A stretch of 64,000 nt of DNA from an uncultured Chloroflexia bacterium. Lineage in GTDB: Bacteria > Chloroflexota > Anaerolineae > Aggregatilineales > UBA3940. The notes under the pieces are model-generated. The model had not been told where the DNA came from, did not search any database, and saw only the letters and a list, made by a program, of their open reading frames with translations. Shown in pieces: positions 37,628 through 47,784 of this stretch (position 1 is the first letter of the stretch; every line of letters starts with the position of its first letter). Location: assembly GCA_963787375.1 (NCBI GenBank), contig CAWBCR010000031.1, positions 215,706 to 279,705 on the forward strand, in the 5' to 3' direction. The position numbers and the translations under genes are program-made.

Positions 37628-38341
37628 CTATCGCTCAGAAACAGGTTTAACAATTACAAACCGAAGGTAGGTCACCGTTAGAAGCAACCATAACAAACTC
37701 GAAAAGGTAAGAAGTTTGAGGCTGAGCCCCCAAAATCCTGTGTAAATGCGTAAGAACATCGCCTGGCATAAGAAAATGGACGCTGCGATCATCACCAATG
37801 CTAAAATCGATGAGAAATGACGGATGGAACGCCACTTTTCCTCATGCTTGAAACGCCATGATAGCAAGATTGCGGCAAGAGACAGGCCAAAGAACGCCCC
37901 CAGTATTGCAAGTATATGGATGAAGCTAAATATTGTTTCAGGATAAGCTTCCACTACGACGGGGAAGATTCCTGCAATTAAAACAGTTGTCATATGAGGA
38001 ACCGTGCTACCTCCTTCGTTGGCGGGAAAAATCCCTGCAATTAAGATTCCCATGCTCCAAATCCCCAAGAGCAGAAGACCAATCGAGGACCCCACCGATC
38101 GGGACATTTCTTGATAAAGCCCGATAATTAGAGCGAGAGACCCCAAGCTCAGACCAACAAAGGTTGAGGCAACCAGCAATTCGTAAGGCGCAAGGTGATA
38201 GTTGCCTTCGAATGAGCTGATGAGATCATAGGCAGGATTCAGAAAATACAATGCGACAACAGCGATTGCGAAGTATGCAAACCCAATGACGGCAGCAGTC
38301 GCAGTTGGCACTTTGGATGAAGAATCAGCAGAGGATTTCAT
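37628..38341 (-). CDS. polytopic membrane protein in a low-G+C insert (possibly DUF998-like; family call tentative)
   Basis: GAAGGGAG RBS before the ATG at 38341. 6-7 hydrophobic helices. A/T-rich codon usage unlike its neighbours. Confidence 0.6.
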   Translation of the reverse strand: MKSSADSSSKVPTATAAVIGFAYFAIAVVALYFLNPAYDLISSFEGNYHLAPYELLVASTFVGLSLGSLALIIGLYQEMSRSVGSSIGLLLLGIWSMGILIAGIFPANEGGSTVPHMTTVLIAGIFPVVVEAYPETIFSFIHILAILGAFFGLSLAAILLSWRFKHEEKWRSIRHFSSILALVMIAASIFLCQAMFLRIYTGFWGLSLKLLTFSSLLWLLLTVTYLRFVIVKPVSER

Positions 38342-38463
38342 GCTCGCTCCCTTCGAATATTGCTTGAGGGATGATGCAAGACGACACTTTATTGTGTTCG
38401 AAACGAGCGGGCTGACGTGGTATTAAACAATGACCGCGTCGAGCCGTTGGCGACCTCGCCATT

Positions 38464-38550
38464 TCAGCCGCCGTCAGGCAGCCGGTACGCCGCCTGCCGC
38501 AGGTCTGAGGGATAAGTTGGCTCGCCGGTTATCTTGTTGATCGGCTCCAC
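38464..38550 (-). pseudogene. 5' remnant (28 codons) of the second EEP-family gene copy
   Basis: 'VEPINKITGEPTYPSDLRQAAYRLPDGG*' parallels 'MEPINMTTSEQTHPSDLRQAATRLLLAA' of the intact copy. The upstream leader is also duplicated (38551..38570 versus 39673..39692). Confidence 0.5.
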
Positions 38551-38636
38551 ATCGCCTTATGGTAGTCGTGGAGCGCAGCGGGCACAACACGCCGGAGGCC
38601 CCCACTGGCGCGGCAATGCTGCGCGTCGCGCGCCGA

Positions 38637-39672
38637 TCAACGCCACACCAGATCGGCCAGCAGCGGCAGGTGATCCGACCCGGCGTCAGGCCCGACCCAC
38701 GCCCGCATGGCGGATATCTCGCCGGTGGTCCATACGTAGTCGATGCGCACCAGCGGCGGCACGGGCCGCGCGTTTGCCGGGAACGTCGCGCCGAAGCCCC
38801 AGCCCACCGCGCGGAAGGCGTCGGTCAGGCCGGCAGCCTCCAGCGTGGCGTGGGTGCTGTTCTGGTCCGTCGCGTTGAAGTCGCCCAGCAGGATGGCAGG
38901 CGCGCCCTGCACGGCCATCTGCGCCAGCGTCGCGATGTCGGTCGGGGTGCCGGGCGAAATCACGTAGCGCCCCTGCATGAAGGCCGGGCGCGGCGGGTGC
39001 GCGACGATCACTGTCAGCGGCCTGCCGTCGACATCCAGCACCAGCCGCAGGTGGGTCATCGACGTGGCAATGGTGAACAGGCCGCTGTCCTCGCGGATCG
39101 GGTAGCGGCTGAGGACCCCCTTGCCGATGATGACCGACGGATTGAACACGCGGTAGGGGTACACGTCGGCCAGATCGCGGTCGAGGACCGCGCGCCTGCC
39201 CGTCGACAAGCTCCTCCAGCGCGATGATGTCCGCGCCCGATGCGCGCAGCACATCGGCCAGCGCCTGCGGGTCGGCGTAGCCGCTGCCCACGTTGTAGGT
39301 CATGACGCGCAGGGGCGTGCCGCAGCTTTCGCCGTTGGCGCAGGCCGTGGCGGGATGCAGGCCGGGCAGGAACAGCCCGCCAAACAGCACGGCGAACGCC
39401 ACCACCCCCACCGACACCAGCGCCGCGCGCCGCCAGCGCCGCAGCGCCAGCAGTGCAGGCAGCAGCACGAATGACGGCAGCAGCAGCCAGTGGGCAAACG
39501 TGTTGGCCACCGTCACCGGCCACAGCCGCTCGCCGACCAGCAGGCGCAGCGCCAGGTAGGCCACGACCGCCCCGCCGTACAGGTCGGCGGCGGCCAGCAG
39601 CAGCCGGGTCGCCGCCTGCCGCAGGTCTGAGGGATGAGTCTGCTCGCTGGTTGTCATGTTGATCGGCTCCAT
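38637..39672 (-). CDS. endonuclease/exonuclease/phosphatase (EEP) family protein with N-terminal TM helices; apparent frameshift near 39192
   Basis: 'LRVMTYNVG..GADIIALEE' is in ORF 38686..39672. 'ILLGDFNAT..RIDYVW..GSDHLPLLADL' is in ORF 38637..39254. Confidence 0.75.
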
Positions 39673-39753
39673 ATCGCCCTATGGTAGCCGGGGGATGCGC
39701 CGGAGGCAAAGCGCCACCTTGAGCAAATCCGCACGCTGCGGCATACTTGCCGC

Positions 39754-40263
39754 ATGGATACCTGGACGCTGCGCCGCACGCAGCCCGCCGATCATGACTG
39801 GATCGAGGCATTCGTCACCGAGCAGTGGGGCGCGCCGATCTCCGTCTCGCGCGGGCGCGTCTGCCGCCCCGCCGACCTGCCCGGCTTCGCCGCCGAAGCG
39901 CCGGGCGGCGAGGTGCTGGGCCTGGTCACCTACCGGATCGACGCCACGGCGGACGCCGCCGCCTGCGAGATCGTCACGCTCGACAGCCTGCGCCCAGGTG
40001 TGGGGATCGGCTCGGCGCTGATCGACGCCGTGCACGGCGAGGCGCAGGCGCACGGCTGCCGTCGCCTGTGGCTGATCACGACCAACGACAACCTGCACGC
40101 GCTGCGTTTCTACCAGAGGCGCGGCTTCGTGCTGGCCGCGCTGCGCCCCAATGCGCTGGCCGAGTTGCGGCGGATCAAGCCGTCGATCCCGCTGGTTGGC
40201 ATGGACGGCATCCCGCTGCGCGACGAGATCGAGCTTGAGACGTGGCTCAACAATGGGCCCTGA
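39754..40263 (+). CDS. GNAT-family N-acetyltransferase
   Basis: 'LRPGVGIGSALIDAV..AHGCRRLWLITTNDNLHALRFYQRRGF'. Confidence 0.8.
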   Translation: MDTWTLRRTQPADHDWIEAFVTEQWGAPISVSRGRVCRPADLPGFAAEAPGGEVLGLVTYRIDATADAAACEIVTLDSLRPGVGIGSALIDAVHGEAQAHGCRRLWLITTNDNLHALRFYQRRGFVLAALRPNALAELRRIKPSIPLVGMDGIPLRDEIELETWLNNGP

Positions 40264-42017
40264 CGCGCTTCGCACTGCGCTGCGCGACGAGATTCTCCCC
40301 GCGCTGCGGGCCGCCCGCCCGGACGCGCCGCGCGAGGAGTCCGTGCGCCGCCTGCTGATCGCCGCCGCCGCCGAACTGGCCGAGGCACGCGGGCTACATC
40401 TCGACGCGCTGCCCGAAGATCGCGCGCTGCTGGCCGGGCTGGATTTCACTGCGGCGGACTCCCTCTTTCCCGGCGACCTGTACGCCGGTCTCCTCGCCGA
40501 CGCGCACAGCCGGGGCCGCTACTACACGCCGCCCGCGCTGGCGCGGCGGGTCGCCGGTTGGGCGCTCGACGCGCTAGACGAGTTCAGACAACCTGCCGCG
40601 CGTCCTCGACCCGGCGATGGGGGCCGGGCACTTCCTGATCGCCGCCGGGGAGCATCTCGCCGCGCGGCTGGGCGACCCCGCCGACCCGTCCGTGCGCTGG
40701 CAGGCCGCCGCGCAGCTACACGGCGTCGACAGCGACCCGCTGGCGGCAGAGCTGGCCGCGATCAGCGTGTGGCTGTGGGCCGCGCAGCCCGGCACGACGC
40801 CCGCCGACCTGCGCCCCCGCCTGCTGTGCGCCGACGCGCTGCTCGACGACCTCTCGGCGCGGCTGCCGGAGGCGTTCGAGGCGGTGGTCGGCAACCCGCC
40901 ATATGCCAGCGTCTTCACCCGCGCCCGCGCCGACGATAACCAGCGCGATGCGCTCCGCGCCCGCTATGAGACGGCGACCGGCAGCTTCGACCTGGCCGTG
41001 CCGTTCGTCGAGCGGGCGGTGCGCTGGGCCGCGCCGGGCGGCGCGGTGGGGCTGGTGCTGCCCAACAAGCTGCTCGCCGCCGACTACGCGGGCGCGCTGC
41101 GCCGCTGGCTGTCCGCGCGGACAACCGTCATTTCGATAGCCGACTACGCGGGCGCGGAGCCGTTCGCGGCGGGCGTCTACCCGGTGGCGCTCGTGCTGCG
41201 CGTCGCAGCGCCACAGCCGGACGCGCCGCTGCACGTCTATCGCGCCGCCGATCATCGCGACACGCCGGTGTTGATCCGGCACGGCAGCCAGTCGGACCTG
41301 CACGCCGCGCCCGGCGACGTGTGGAGCGGCCCGCTCGACCCGGACTGGGACGCGCTGCGCGGCTGCTTCGATGGGGCAGTGCCGTTAGGGGATGTGGCGA
41401 CGCTGGCCGCCGGGCTGACCGTCGGCGAGGCCTACGACCTGCGTCCGCAGGTGTTCGACGCGCCGCCCGCCGCCCCGCTCGTCGACGCGGCCCAACTGCT
41501 GACCAGCGGCAGCATTGGCCGTCACCGCGCGCTGTGGGGCCACAAAGACACAACCTTCCTCAAGCGCCGCTACCACCGCCCGGCGATCATGCTGCGCGCG
41601 CTGCCGCCGCGCCGCCGCGCGCAGGCGCTGAGCGAGAAGCTGATCGTATCGGGGCTGAGCCAGCGCCCGCAGGCCGTCCACGACCACGGGCTGGCGCAGG
41701 CCAGCGTCGGCACGACGATCATCATGGGGTCGGCGTGGCCGCTCGGCGCGCTGTGCGCGCTGCTGAATTCGGGGCCTGCCGCCCGGCTGGCGCGGGCGCT
41801 GTTCGGCGGGCTGGCGCTCAGCGGCGGCTACCTGCGGCTGGGCAAGCGCGAGCTGAGCCTGTTCCCGCTGCCCGCCGTGCCCCCCACCGACCCGCGCCTG
41901 GCGCGATTGGCCGCGCTGGCCGGGCAGATGCCCCGCGCCGACGCCCTCGCGCGCGGCGACCTCGACGCGCAGATCGACGCGCTGGTGTGGGCGCTGTATG
42001 GAGTCGAAGCGGTGTAG
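40253..42017 (+). CDS. gamma-class N6-adenine DNA methyltransferase (Eco57I/TaqI-like); apparent frameshift near 40588
   Basis: The ATG at 40253 overlaps the GNAT stop. 'YYTPPALARRV', motif I 'VLDPAMGAGHFL', motif IV 'VVGNPPYA'. C-terminal TaqI-type target-recognition-like region. Confidence 0.8.
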
Positions 42018-42190
42018 GGGAATTCGCCGCTGCCGGGCGTGAAGCGCCGCGCCGGATTCGATACACTCTTCTGGTGGATTTTGCCTGCGCGACAGACGCA
42101 TCTTAACAGGTTCTAAATAGGTTCTTTACCGGATGCTTAAAGGCAGGTTCTATACTTGGCCGGAATCACTGCAAAACACGAGGGGGATAT

Positions 42191-42879
42191 ATGCTATTGA
42201 AACGGTTCATCATCGGTGCCGCCGGGCTGGTGGCGGCGCTCGTGCTGGCGGCGTGCAGCGCCCCGGCGACGTCCACGCCTGCTGCGGCTGGGCGGCAGCC
42301 CAGCCCACCGACGCGCCCGCCCCGGCAGACGCGACGATCTTCACGCTCGTCCCGGATCAGACGACGGTCAGCTTCACCATCGGCGAGGTGCTCAACGGGC
42401 AGCACAACATCGTCGTCGGCAAAACGACCGGCGCGACCGGCCAGATCGCCATCGACTACGCCAACCCGTCGACCGCCGAGGTGCGCGACTTCAGCGTGAA
42501 CATCACCGGGCTGGCCACCGATAACAACATGCGCAACCGCACGCTGCACGGCCTCATCCTGCAGACCGGCAACGCGACCAACGCCGTCGTGACCTTCGAG
42601 CAGACGGGGATCAGCGGGATGCCGTCGCAGATCGTCGTCGGCCAGCCGGTTACGTTCCAACTGACCGGCAACCTGACCATCCACGGCATGACGCAGCCGG
42701 AGACCTTCGACGTGACGGCCACGCCCGTCTCCGACACGCAGATCACCGGCACGGCCACCGTCGAGATCGCACAGTACAGCGACTTCGGGATCAGCATCCT
42801 GCGGCTGCCGCAGCAGGTCGCTTCGGTGGAGGATAACGTCAAGCTGGAGATCGACTTCGTCGCACAGGCAGGGTCGTAG
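42191..42879 (+). CDS. YceI-like lipoprotein; apparent -1 frameshift near 42283
   Basis: The lipoprotein signal 'MLLKRFIIGAAGLVAALVLAAC' (ORF 42191) joins the YceI body 'TVSFTIGEVLNGQHNIVVGKT..LTGNLTIHGMTQP' (ORF 42133..42879). Confidence 0.75.
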
Positions 42880-42889
42880 CTTCTGAGCG

Positions 42890-42915
42890 CAGGGGATCGG
42901 CTCTCCGATCCCCTG
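42890..42915. terminator. hairpin between convergent genes (caggggatcgg-ctct-ccgatcccctg)
   Basis: 11-bp perfect stem. Confidence 0.5.
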
Positions 42916-42922
42916 TGCGGTG

Positions 42923-43951
42923 TCACATCGTTGTCTGTGCCGCGCCGACCAGCTTCCGCGCCGCATCGGCCACGCGCGCGGCATTGGGCAGCGCGGCGTC
43001 TTCCATCTCGCGGGCGTAGGGGATGGTCGTCTCGGTGCACACACGCCCATAAGTGAACGCTATCCCCGCCTCCAGCACGACCGCAGCCAGCTCGCCCGAC
43101 AGCCCGAAGCCCCGGTAGTCTTCGTCGACCACCAGCAGCCGGCCTGTCTGGCGCACCGCGTCGCACACCGTCTGGGTATCCAGCGGGGCGACGCTGCGCA
43201 GGTCGATCACGCCCGCGTCGATCCCCTCCTGCACCAGCGTCTCCGCCGCCTCCAGCGCGCGGTGGACGCCCACCCCCACGCTGACCATTGTCAGGTCGCG
43301 GCCCGGGCGGCGCACGGCAGCCTGCCCCAGCGGCAGCGCCGACCAGCGTCGCGGCACGGGGCCGCGCGCCCCGGCCTGCGGCACGTCATAGCTGATGGTC
43401 CGCCGCCCGCCGCTGCCCAGGCTCTCCAGCAGATAATCGGACAGCAGCTTGTGCTCCAGATAGATCACCGGGCCGGGGTGGGCCAGCGCCGCCAGCATCA
43501 GCCCGCCCGCATCGGCGGGGGTCGACGGGACCACCACCGCCAGCCCCGGAATGTGCGCCAGCCAGCCCCACAGCGCTTGTTCGTGCTGGCCGCCATCGCC
43601 GTAGCCGCCGCCACAGGCGGCCCGCAGCACCAGCGGCACCTGCCACCTGCCGCCCGAAAACGCCTCGACCTTGGCTGCGTGGTTCAGGATGGCGTCCATC
43701 GTGACCGCGATAAAGTCCACCATGATCAGCTCAACGACCGGGCGCAGCCCGCCCATCGCCGCGGCGACCGCCGCCCCGACGAACGCGCTCTCGCTGATCG
43801 GCGTCGCGCGCACCCGCGCCGCGCCAAAGCGCACGAACAGGCTGCGCCGGATCATCGGCACGTCCTCGCCAAAGACGATAATCCGGGGGTCTTCGGCCAT
43901 TGCGCCGGCCAGCGCATCGTCGATTGCGTTCGCAAAGCTCATCGTCGGCAT
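42923..43951 (-). CDS. 2-oxoacid (pyruvate/acetoin-type) dehydrogenase E1 beta subunit, copy 1
   Basis: GGAGGG RBS. Transketolase-like Pyr and C-terminal domains ('VFGEDV', 'SESAFVG', 'VPSTPADA'). Confidence 0.85.
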   Translation of the reverse strand: MPTMSFANAIDDALAGAMAEDPRIIVFGEDVPMIRRSLFVRFGAARVRATPISESAFVGAAVAAAMGGLRPVVELIMVDFIAVTMDAILNHAAKVEAFSGGRWQVPLVLRAACGGGYGDGGQHEQALWGWLAHIPGLAVVVPSTPADAGGLMLAALAHPGPVIYLEHKLLSDYLLESLGSGGRRTISYDVPQAGARGPVPRRWSALPLGQAAVRRPGRDLTMVSVGVGVHRALEAAETLVQEGIDAGVIDLRSVAPLDTQTVCDAVRQTGRLLVVDEDYRGFGLSGELAAVVLEAGIAFTYGRVCTETTIPYAREMEDAALPNAARVADAARKLVGAAQTTM

Positions 43952-43955
43952 CGCC

Positions 43956-44987
43956 CTACCCTCCGGCTGGCTGAGGGGCAGTCGCTATCTCGACTGCCTC
44001 CAGGATTTCGCGCTGGACTTCCTGCTCAAGGTCTTCCAGCCGCTCGGCGTCTGCCTCCAGCTTGGCGCGCAGCCTGTCGAGCGGGTCGTTGTGGCGCGCA
44101 GTCTGGCTGCGGGCCAGCCGGGCGCTGCGCGTCGAGACCTCGCGCAGGATACGGAGGCGCTCGCCGGGCGGTGCGCCCTTTGGCCTCAGGAACGCGCGGG
44201 TCAGCGGCCCGATGATGGGCACCATCTCCCTGATTGGATGCCGCGCCACGCGGAACATCTGGTCGCCCAGGAAGTGACCTTCGAGGTGGACGCACGTGGC
44301 CTGGATGAAGGTCGGGCCGTCGCCCCGGCGGGCGCGCTCCAGCGCGGCGCGCGCGGCCTGCCACACCGCTTCGACATCCAGCCCGTCGACCGGCGCAACG
44401 TCCAGCCCGAAGCCGCGCGCCCGCTGGCCCAGGCTGCCCGCCGTCACGCTGGGCGAGGGCGTGGTGATGGCCCAGCCGTTGTCTTTGCAGATGAACAGGA
44501 CCGGCAGCTTCCACGCGGCGGCCAGGTTGAACGATTCGAGGAGCATGCCCTGGTTGGCGGCCCCCTCGCCGAAGAAGGCCACGGCCACCGCGCCGGGCCG
44601 CAGTTGCTGCGCCGCCAGCGCGAAGCCCGCCGCTGCCGGGCCCGCCGCGCCGACAATGCCCGACGACGCAGCTAGGTGCTGCGGCGAGAACAGGTGCATG
44701 TGCCCGCCCTGCCCGCCGCACAGCCCATCCGGGCGGCCCAGCATCTCGCGCAGCAGCGGCACGAGGTCGACGCCGCGCATCACCAGCGGTGGCGTGCCGC
44801 GATGGTCGAGGGCCAGCGCGTCGCCGTCGATAAGCTGCGTGACCACCCCGGCGGCGATGCCCTCCTCGCCCATCCCGGTGTGCATCTCGCCGGAGATCAG
44901 CCCATCCTCCCACAGCCTGCACACCGCCTCCTCGAACAAGCGGCTGCGCAGCATCTCCCGGTACAGCATCCATTGGTCAGGCTGCAT
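43956..44987 (-). CDS. 2-oxoacid dehydrogenase E1 alpha (TPP-binding) subunit, copy 1
   Basis: 'GEGAANQG..ESFNLAAAWKLPVLFICKDNGWAI' TPP motif region. 4-nt gap to the beta gene. Confidence 0.85.
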   Translation of the reverse strand: MQPDQWMLYREMLRSRLFEEAVCRLWEDGLISGEMHTGMGEEGIAAGVVTQLIDGDALALDHRGTPPLVMRGVDLVPLLREMLGRPDGLCGGQGGHMHLFSPQHLAASSGIVGAAGPAAAGFALAAQQLRPGAVAVAFFGEGAANQGMLLESFNLAAAWKLPVLFICKDNGWAITTPSPSVTAGSLGQRARGFGLDVAPVDGLDVEAVWQAARAALERARRGDGPTFIQATCVHLEGHFLGDQMFRVARHPIREMVPIIGPLTRAFLRPKGAPPGERLRILREVSTRSARLARSQTARHNDPLDRLRAKLEADAERLEDLEQEVQREILEAVEIATAPQPAGG

Positions 44988-45110
44988 GGCGTCTACCCCC
45001 TCAACGGCCCCGGCTCATAAACCCAGTATACAATGAGTTGCGCCGCAGCCGGGGAATCAAAAAGGCGGCCCTGTCGCGGGTCGCCCGTTCAGTCCCCTGT
45101 CCCTCAGCCG

Positions 45111-46085
45111 CTAGCAGCGGTAGAAGACCTCCTCGGCCTCCTCACGCAGGCGCAGGTAGCTCTCGTAGCGCTCATACCAGATGTCGCCCTCCTCGACCGC
45201 CTTGCGCACCGCGCAGCCGGGCTCGTCCTCGTGGCGGCAGTCGCCGAAGCGGCACTTCGCGATGTACGGCGCGATGTCAGGGAAGTAGCCGTCCACCTCC
45301 GACGGCTCGACGTTGAACAGGCTGATGGCGCGAATGCCGGGCGTATCGGCCACGTAGCCGCCGCCCGACAGCGGGAACATCTGCGACGAGACGGTCGTGT
45401 GCCGCCCCTTGGTCGTGGCGCCGCTGACCGTCTTGACCGCCAGCCCCAGCCCCGGCTGGAGGGCGTTGAGCAGGCTGCTCTTGCCCACGCCCGATGGCCC
45501 GGTGAGCGCCGAAATCTTGCCGACCAGCGCCTTACGCAGCGCGTCGATGCCTTTGCCGGTCACTGCGCTGGTGTAGACCACGGGATAACCCAGCGCGTCG
45601 TACAGCGCGAAGCTCTCGCGCGCCTCGCGCATCTTCACCAGGTCGAGCTTGTTGGCGCAGATGATCGGCGGGATGTGGGCTTTCTCGGCGATGACCAGGA
45701 AGCGGTCGAGCATCTTGAGGCGCGGCTCCGGGTTGGCGCAGGCAAAGACGAACACCACCTGGTCGGGGTTGGCGATGATCACCTGCTCGCGGTCGGGCAT
45801 CTTCTCGGCGCGGCGGCCTTCCTTGGACGGGGCCTGCCGCGTGAAAGACCGCACGCGCGGCTCAATCGCCTCGATGACGCCGCTCCGGGTGATCGTGTCG
45901 TTCTCCAGCACGTCGACCAGCGAGATGCTGACCCGGTCGCCGAGCGCCACCGGGTCGGTGTCCAGCCGCTCCTGGAGCAGCCGCCCGCGCACCTGCGACA
46001 CGAACGGTCCCTGCGCCGTCTCCACGGTGAAGAAGCCGCTCTGCGCCTTGGTAACCAGCCCTGCTAACAGCCCGTCGTCGCTCAA
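45111..46085 (-). CDS. rsgA: ribosome small-subunit-dependent GTPase A
   Basis: Circularly permuted GTPase: 'CANKLDL', 'GPSGVGKSSLLNAL', zinc knuckle 'CRFGDCRHEDEPGC'. TTG start at 46085. Confidence 0.85.
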   Translation of the reverse strand: MSDDGLLAGLVTKAQSGFFTVETAQGPFVSQVRGRLLQERLDTDPVALGDRVSISLVDVLENDTITRSGVIEAIEPRVRSFTRQAPSKEGRRAEKMPDREQVIIANPDQVVFVFACANPEPRLKMLDRFLVIAEKAHIPPIICANKLDLVKMREARESFALYDALGYPVVYTSAVTGKGIDALRKALVGKISALTGPSGVGKSSLLNALQPGLGLAVKTVSGATTKGRHTTVSSQMFPLSGGGYVADTPGIRAISLFNVEPSEVDGYFPDIAPYIAKCRFGDCRHEDEPGCAVRKAVEEGDIWYERYESYLRLREEAEEVFYRC

Positions 46086-46396
46086 TCGACCCTCATCCGT
46101 GAATCAAAACGCCACAGGCAGCGACCCGTGGCGCAGCGGCAGCCGTCAGCGATGCAGGCCATCATGCGATGCGCTCCGGGTGAAACCCCATCCAGACGTC
46201 TCCTGTAGCTCGAACGTTGGTGTGAAAGTAGCATGAAAGCGGGAGGGTGTCAAGGCGAGGAAGTGGTGAAAGGGATGGGCACGGAGTAAAGTAGAAGATG
46301 AGAAGATGCCCACATTGCCACGCCACCGACCGTCGGGCAGTCAACGCTGGCAGTGCCGCAAATATACACCAGAACCCAAAGAACAAGGCTATCCTG

Positions 46397-47111
46397 ATGC
46401 CTGCATTGACCAATCATCAGTCAGTATTCGAAGTCTCATCCGCCTGGAAAACAGCCTACCCGGATGCCCACGCAGGGATTCTCGTGATGCGCGGAGTCGT
46501 GAATCCCAGGCGGCATTCAGATCTGGAGGCTCGCAAGCAGTTGCTGCAAGAGCAGCTTCGAAGCAGTTTCGCAGGTAAGGACCGGAGTGCCATCCGTACA
46601 TTACCGATCATTCAAGCCTATAGGGCTTACTACCGCCGCTTCAAGCAATCGTATCACGTCGAGATGCAGCTTGAAATCGATTGTTTTCAAAGGCAAGAGC
46701 CTGCCCGGTGTCGCGGCTCTGGTCGAGGCCATGTTCATGGCGGAGATCAAGAACCTGCTGCTGACGGCAGGCCATGATCTGGATGTGCTGCGGTTGCCTG
46801 TCACGCTCGACGTTGCCAGCGGCGATGAGCACTATACGCTCTTGCAAGGTGATGAGCAGGTTCTGAAAGCCGGCGATATGATGATGTCTGACCGGGAAGG
46901 GATCATCTCCAGCATCCTGTATGGCCCCGATAGGCGTACGCCAATCACTCCAGAGACACACAATGTATTATTCGCGGTCTATGCGCCCGCCGGCATTGAG
47001 GCAGAAGCAGTGCTCCGGCATCTGGACGATATCCGGCAAAACGTCCTGATCGTGGCACCGGAGGCCAATACCGAGATCATGCGGGTTTTCGGCGTAGATG
47101 AAAGCGGCTAG
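46397..47111 (+). CDS. B3/B4 tRNA-binding-domain protein; apparent frameshift near 46672
   Basis: 'LPIIQAYRAYYRRFKQSYHVEMQL' (ORF 46298) continues as 'SIVFKGKSLPGVAALVEAMFMAEIKNLLLTAGHDLD' (ORF 46587..47111). Confidence 0.6.
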
Positions 47112-47172
47112 GGACGTGCACGACGACAATCTTGCTTCCGCGCCGCACCGGAACGCACAGCCCGGCGAAATC

Positions 47173-47784
47173 ATGACTTTCGGCACTTATCCGCAGACGG
47201 CGGACGGCGCGGACCAAACGCCGATAAAGTGGCGGGTGCTGCAAAATTCCGGTAGTGAGCTGTTCATTTTGAGCGAGTACATTTTGGACTGCAAGCGGTA
47301 TCACGGTGAGTATACGGATGTTACCTGGCGCGACTGCGATTTGCGGAAGTGGCTGAACGACGAGTTTTATGACGCCGCGTTCAACGCCGCCGAGAAGGCA
47401 TTCGTCAAGACGACACATTGCACGGACAACGGAGCGGGTAGCCCGGACACAGAGGACAGGGTTTTCTTGCTCGGCGTTGCCGAGGTGAAGAGACTGACCG
47501 ATATACTCGGCAAGGATTTACGTCGTGCAATAGGAACGGAATTTGCCAGAGTAAAAAAGGCCGATGGCTGTCATTTGTACGTGTATGACAAAAGCGTCGA
47601 AGACAATTATGTGACCGACGAAAACGGCGAGAGACATGGCTGTTCATGGTGGTGGCTGAGAACCCAGCTCGGCGACCCGTCGCGGGCGACTTTTGTCGGC
47701 ACGCGCGCCAGCATCCGCAGCTACGGTCGCGTCAACCGCGTCCCCTATGGCGTGCGCCCCGCATTGAACCTTAATCTTCAATGA
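47173..47784 (+). CDS. DUF6273-like protein
   Basis: 'FGTYPQ..PIKWRVL', 'LRKWLNDEFYDAAF', 'DRVFLLGVAE', 'WWWLR', 'GVRPALNL' match my recollection of that family. The start is uncertain. Confidence 0.55.
   Translation: MTFGTYPQTADGADQTPIKWRVLQNSGSELFILSEYILDCKRYHGEYTDVTWRDCDLRKWLNDEFYDAAFNAAEKAFVKTTHCTDNGAGSPDTEDRVFLLGVAEVKRLTDILGKDLRRAIGTEFARVKKADGCHLYVYDKSVEDNYVTDENGERHGCSWWWLRTQLGDPSRATFVGTRASIRSYGRVNRVPYGVRPALNLNLQ

Noticed and set aside
38637-42017. EEP-fold nuclease plus N6-adenine methyltransferase as a novel restriction-modification-like pair.
   Set aside because: The two genes are divergent and separated by a GNAT gene. The EEP protein has N-terminal TM helices and looks like a membrane or secreted phosphatase or nuclease. 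Nothing links the two beyond proximity.
46162-46413. 83-codon minus-strand ORF in the rsgA to B3/4 intergenic region.
   Set aside because: It has no RBS, a hydrophobic and Cys-rich composition with no motif, and it lies antisense to a purine-rich stretch. It is more likely non-coding.
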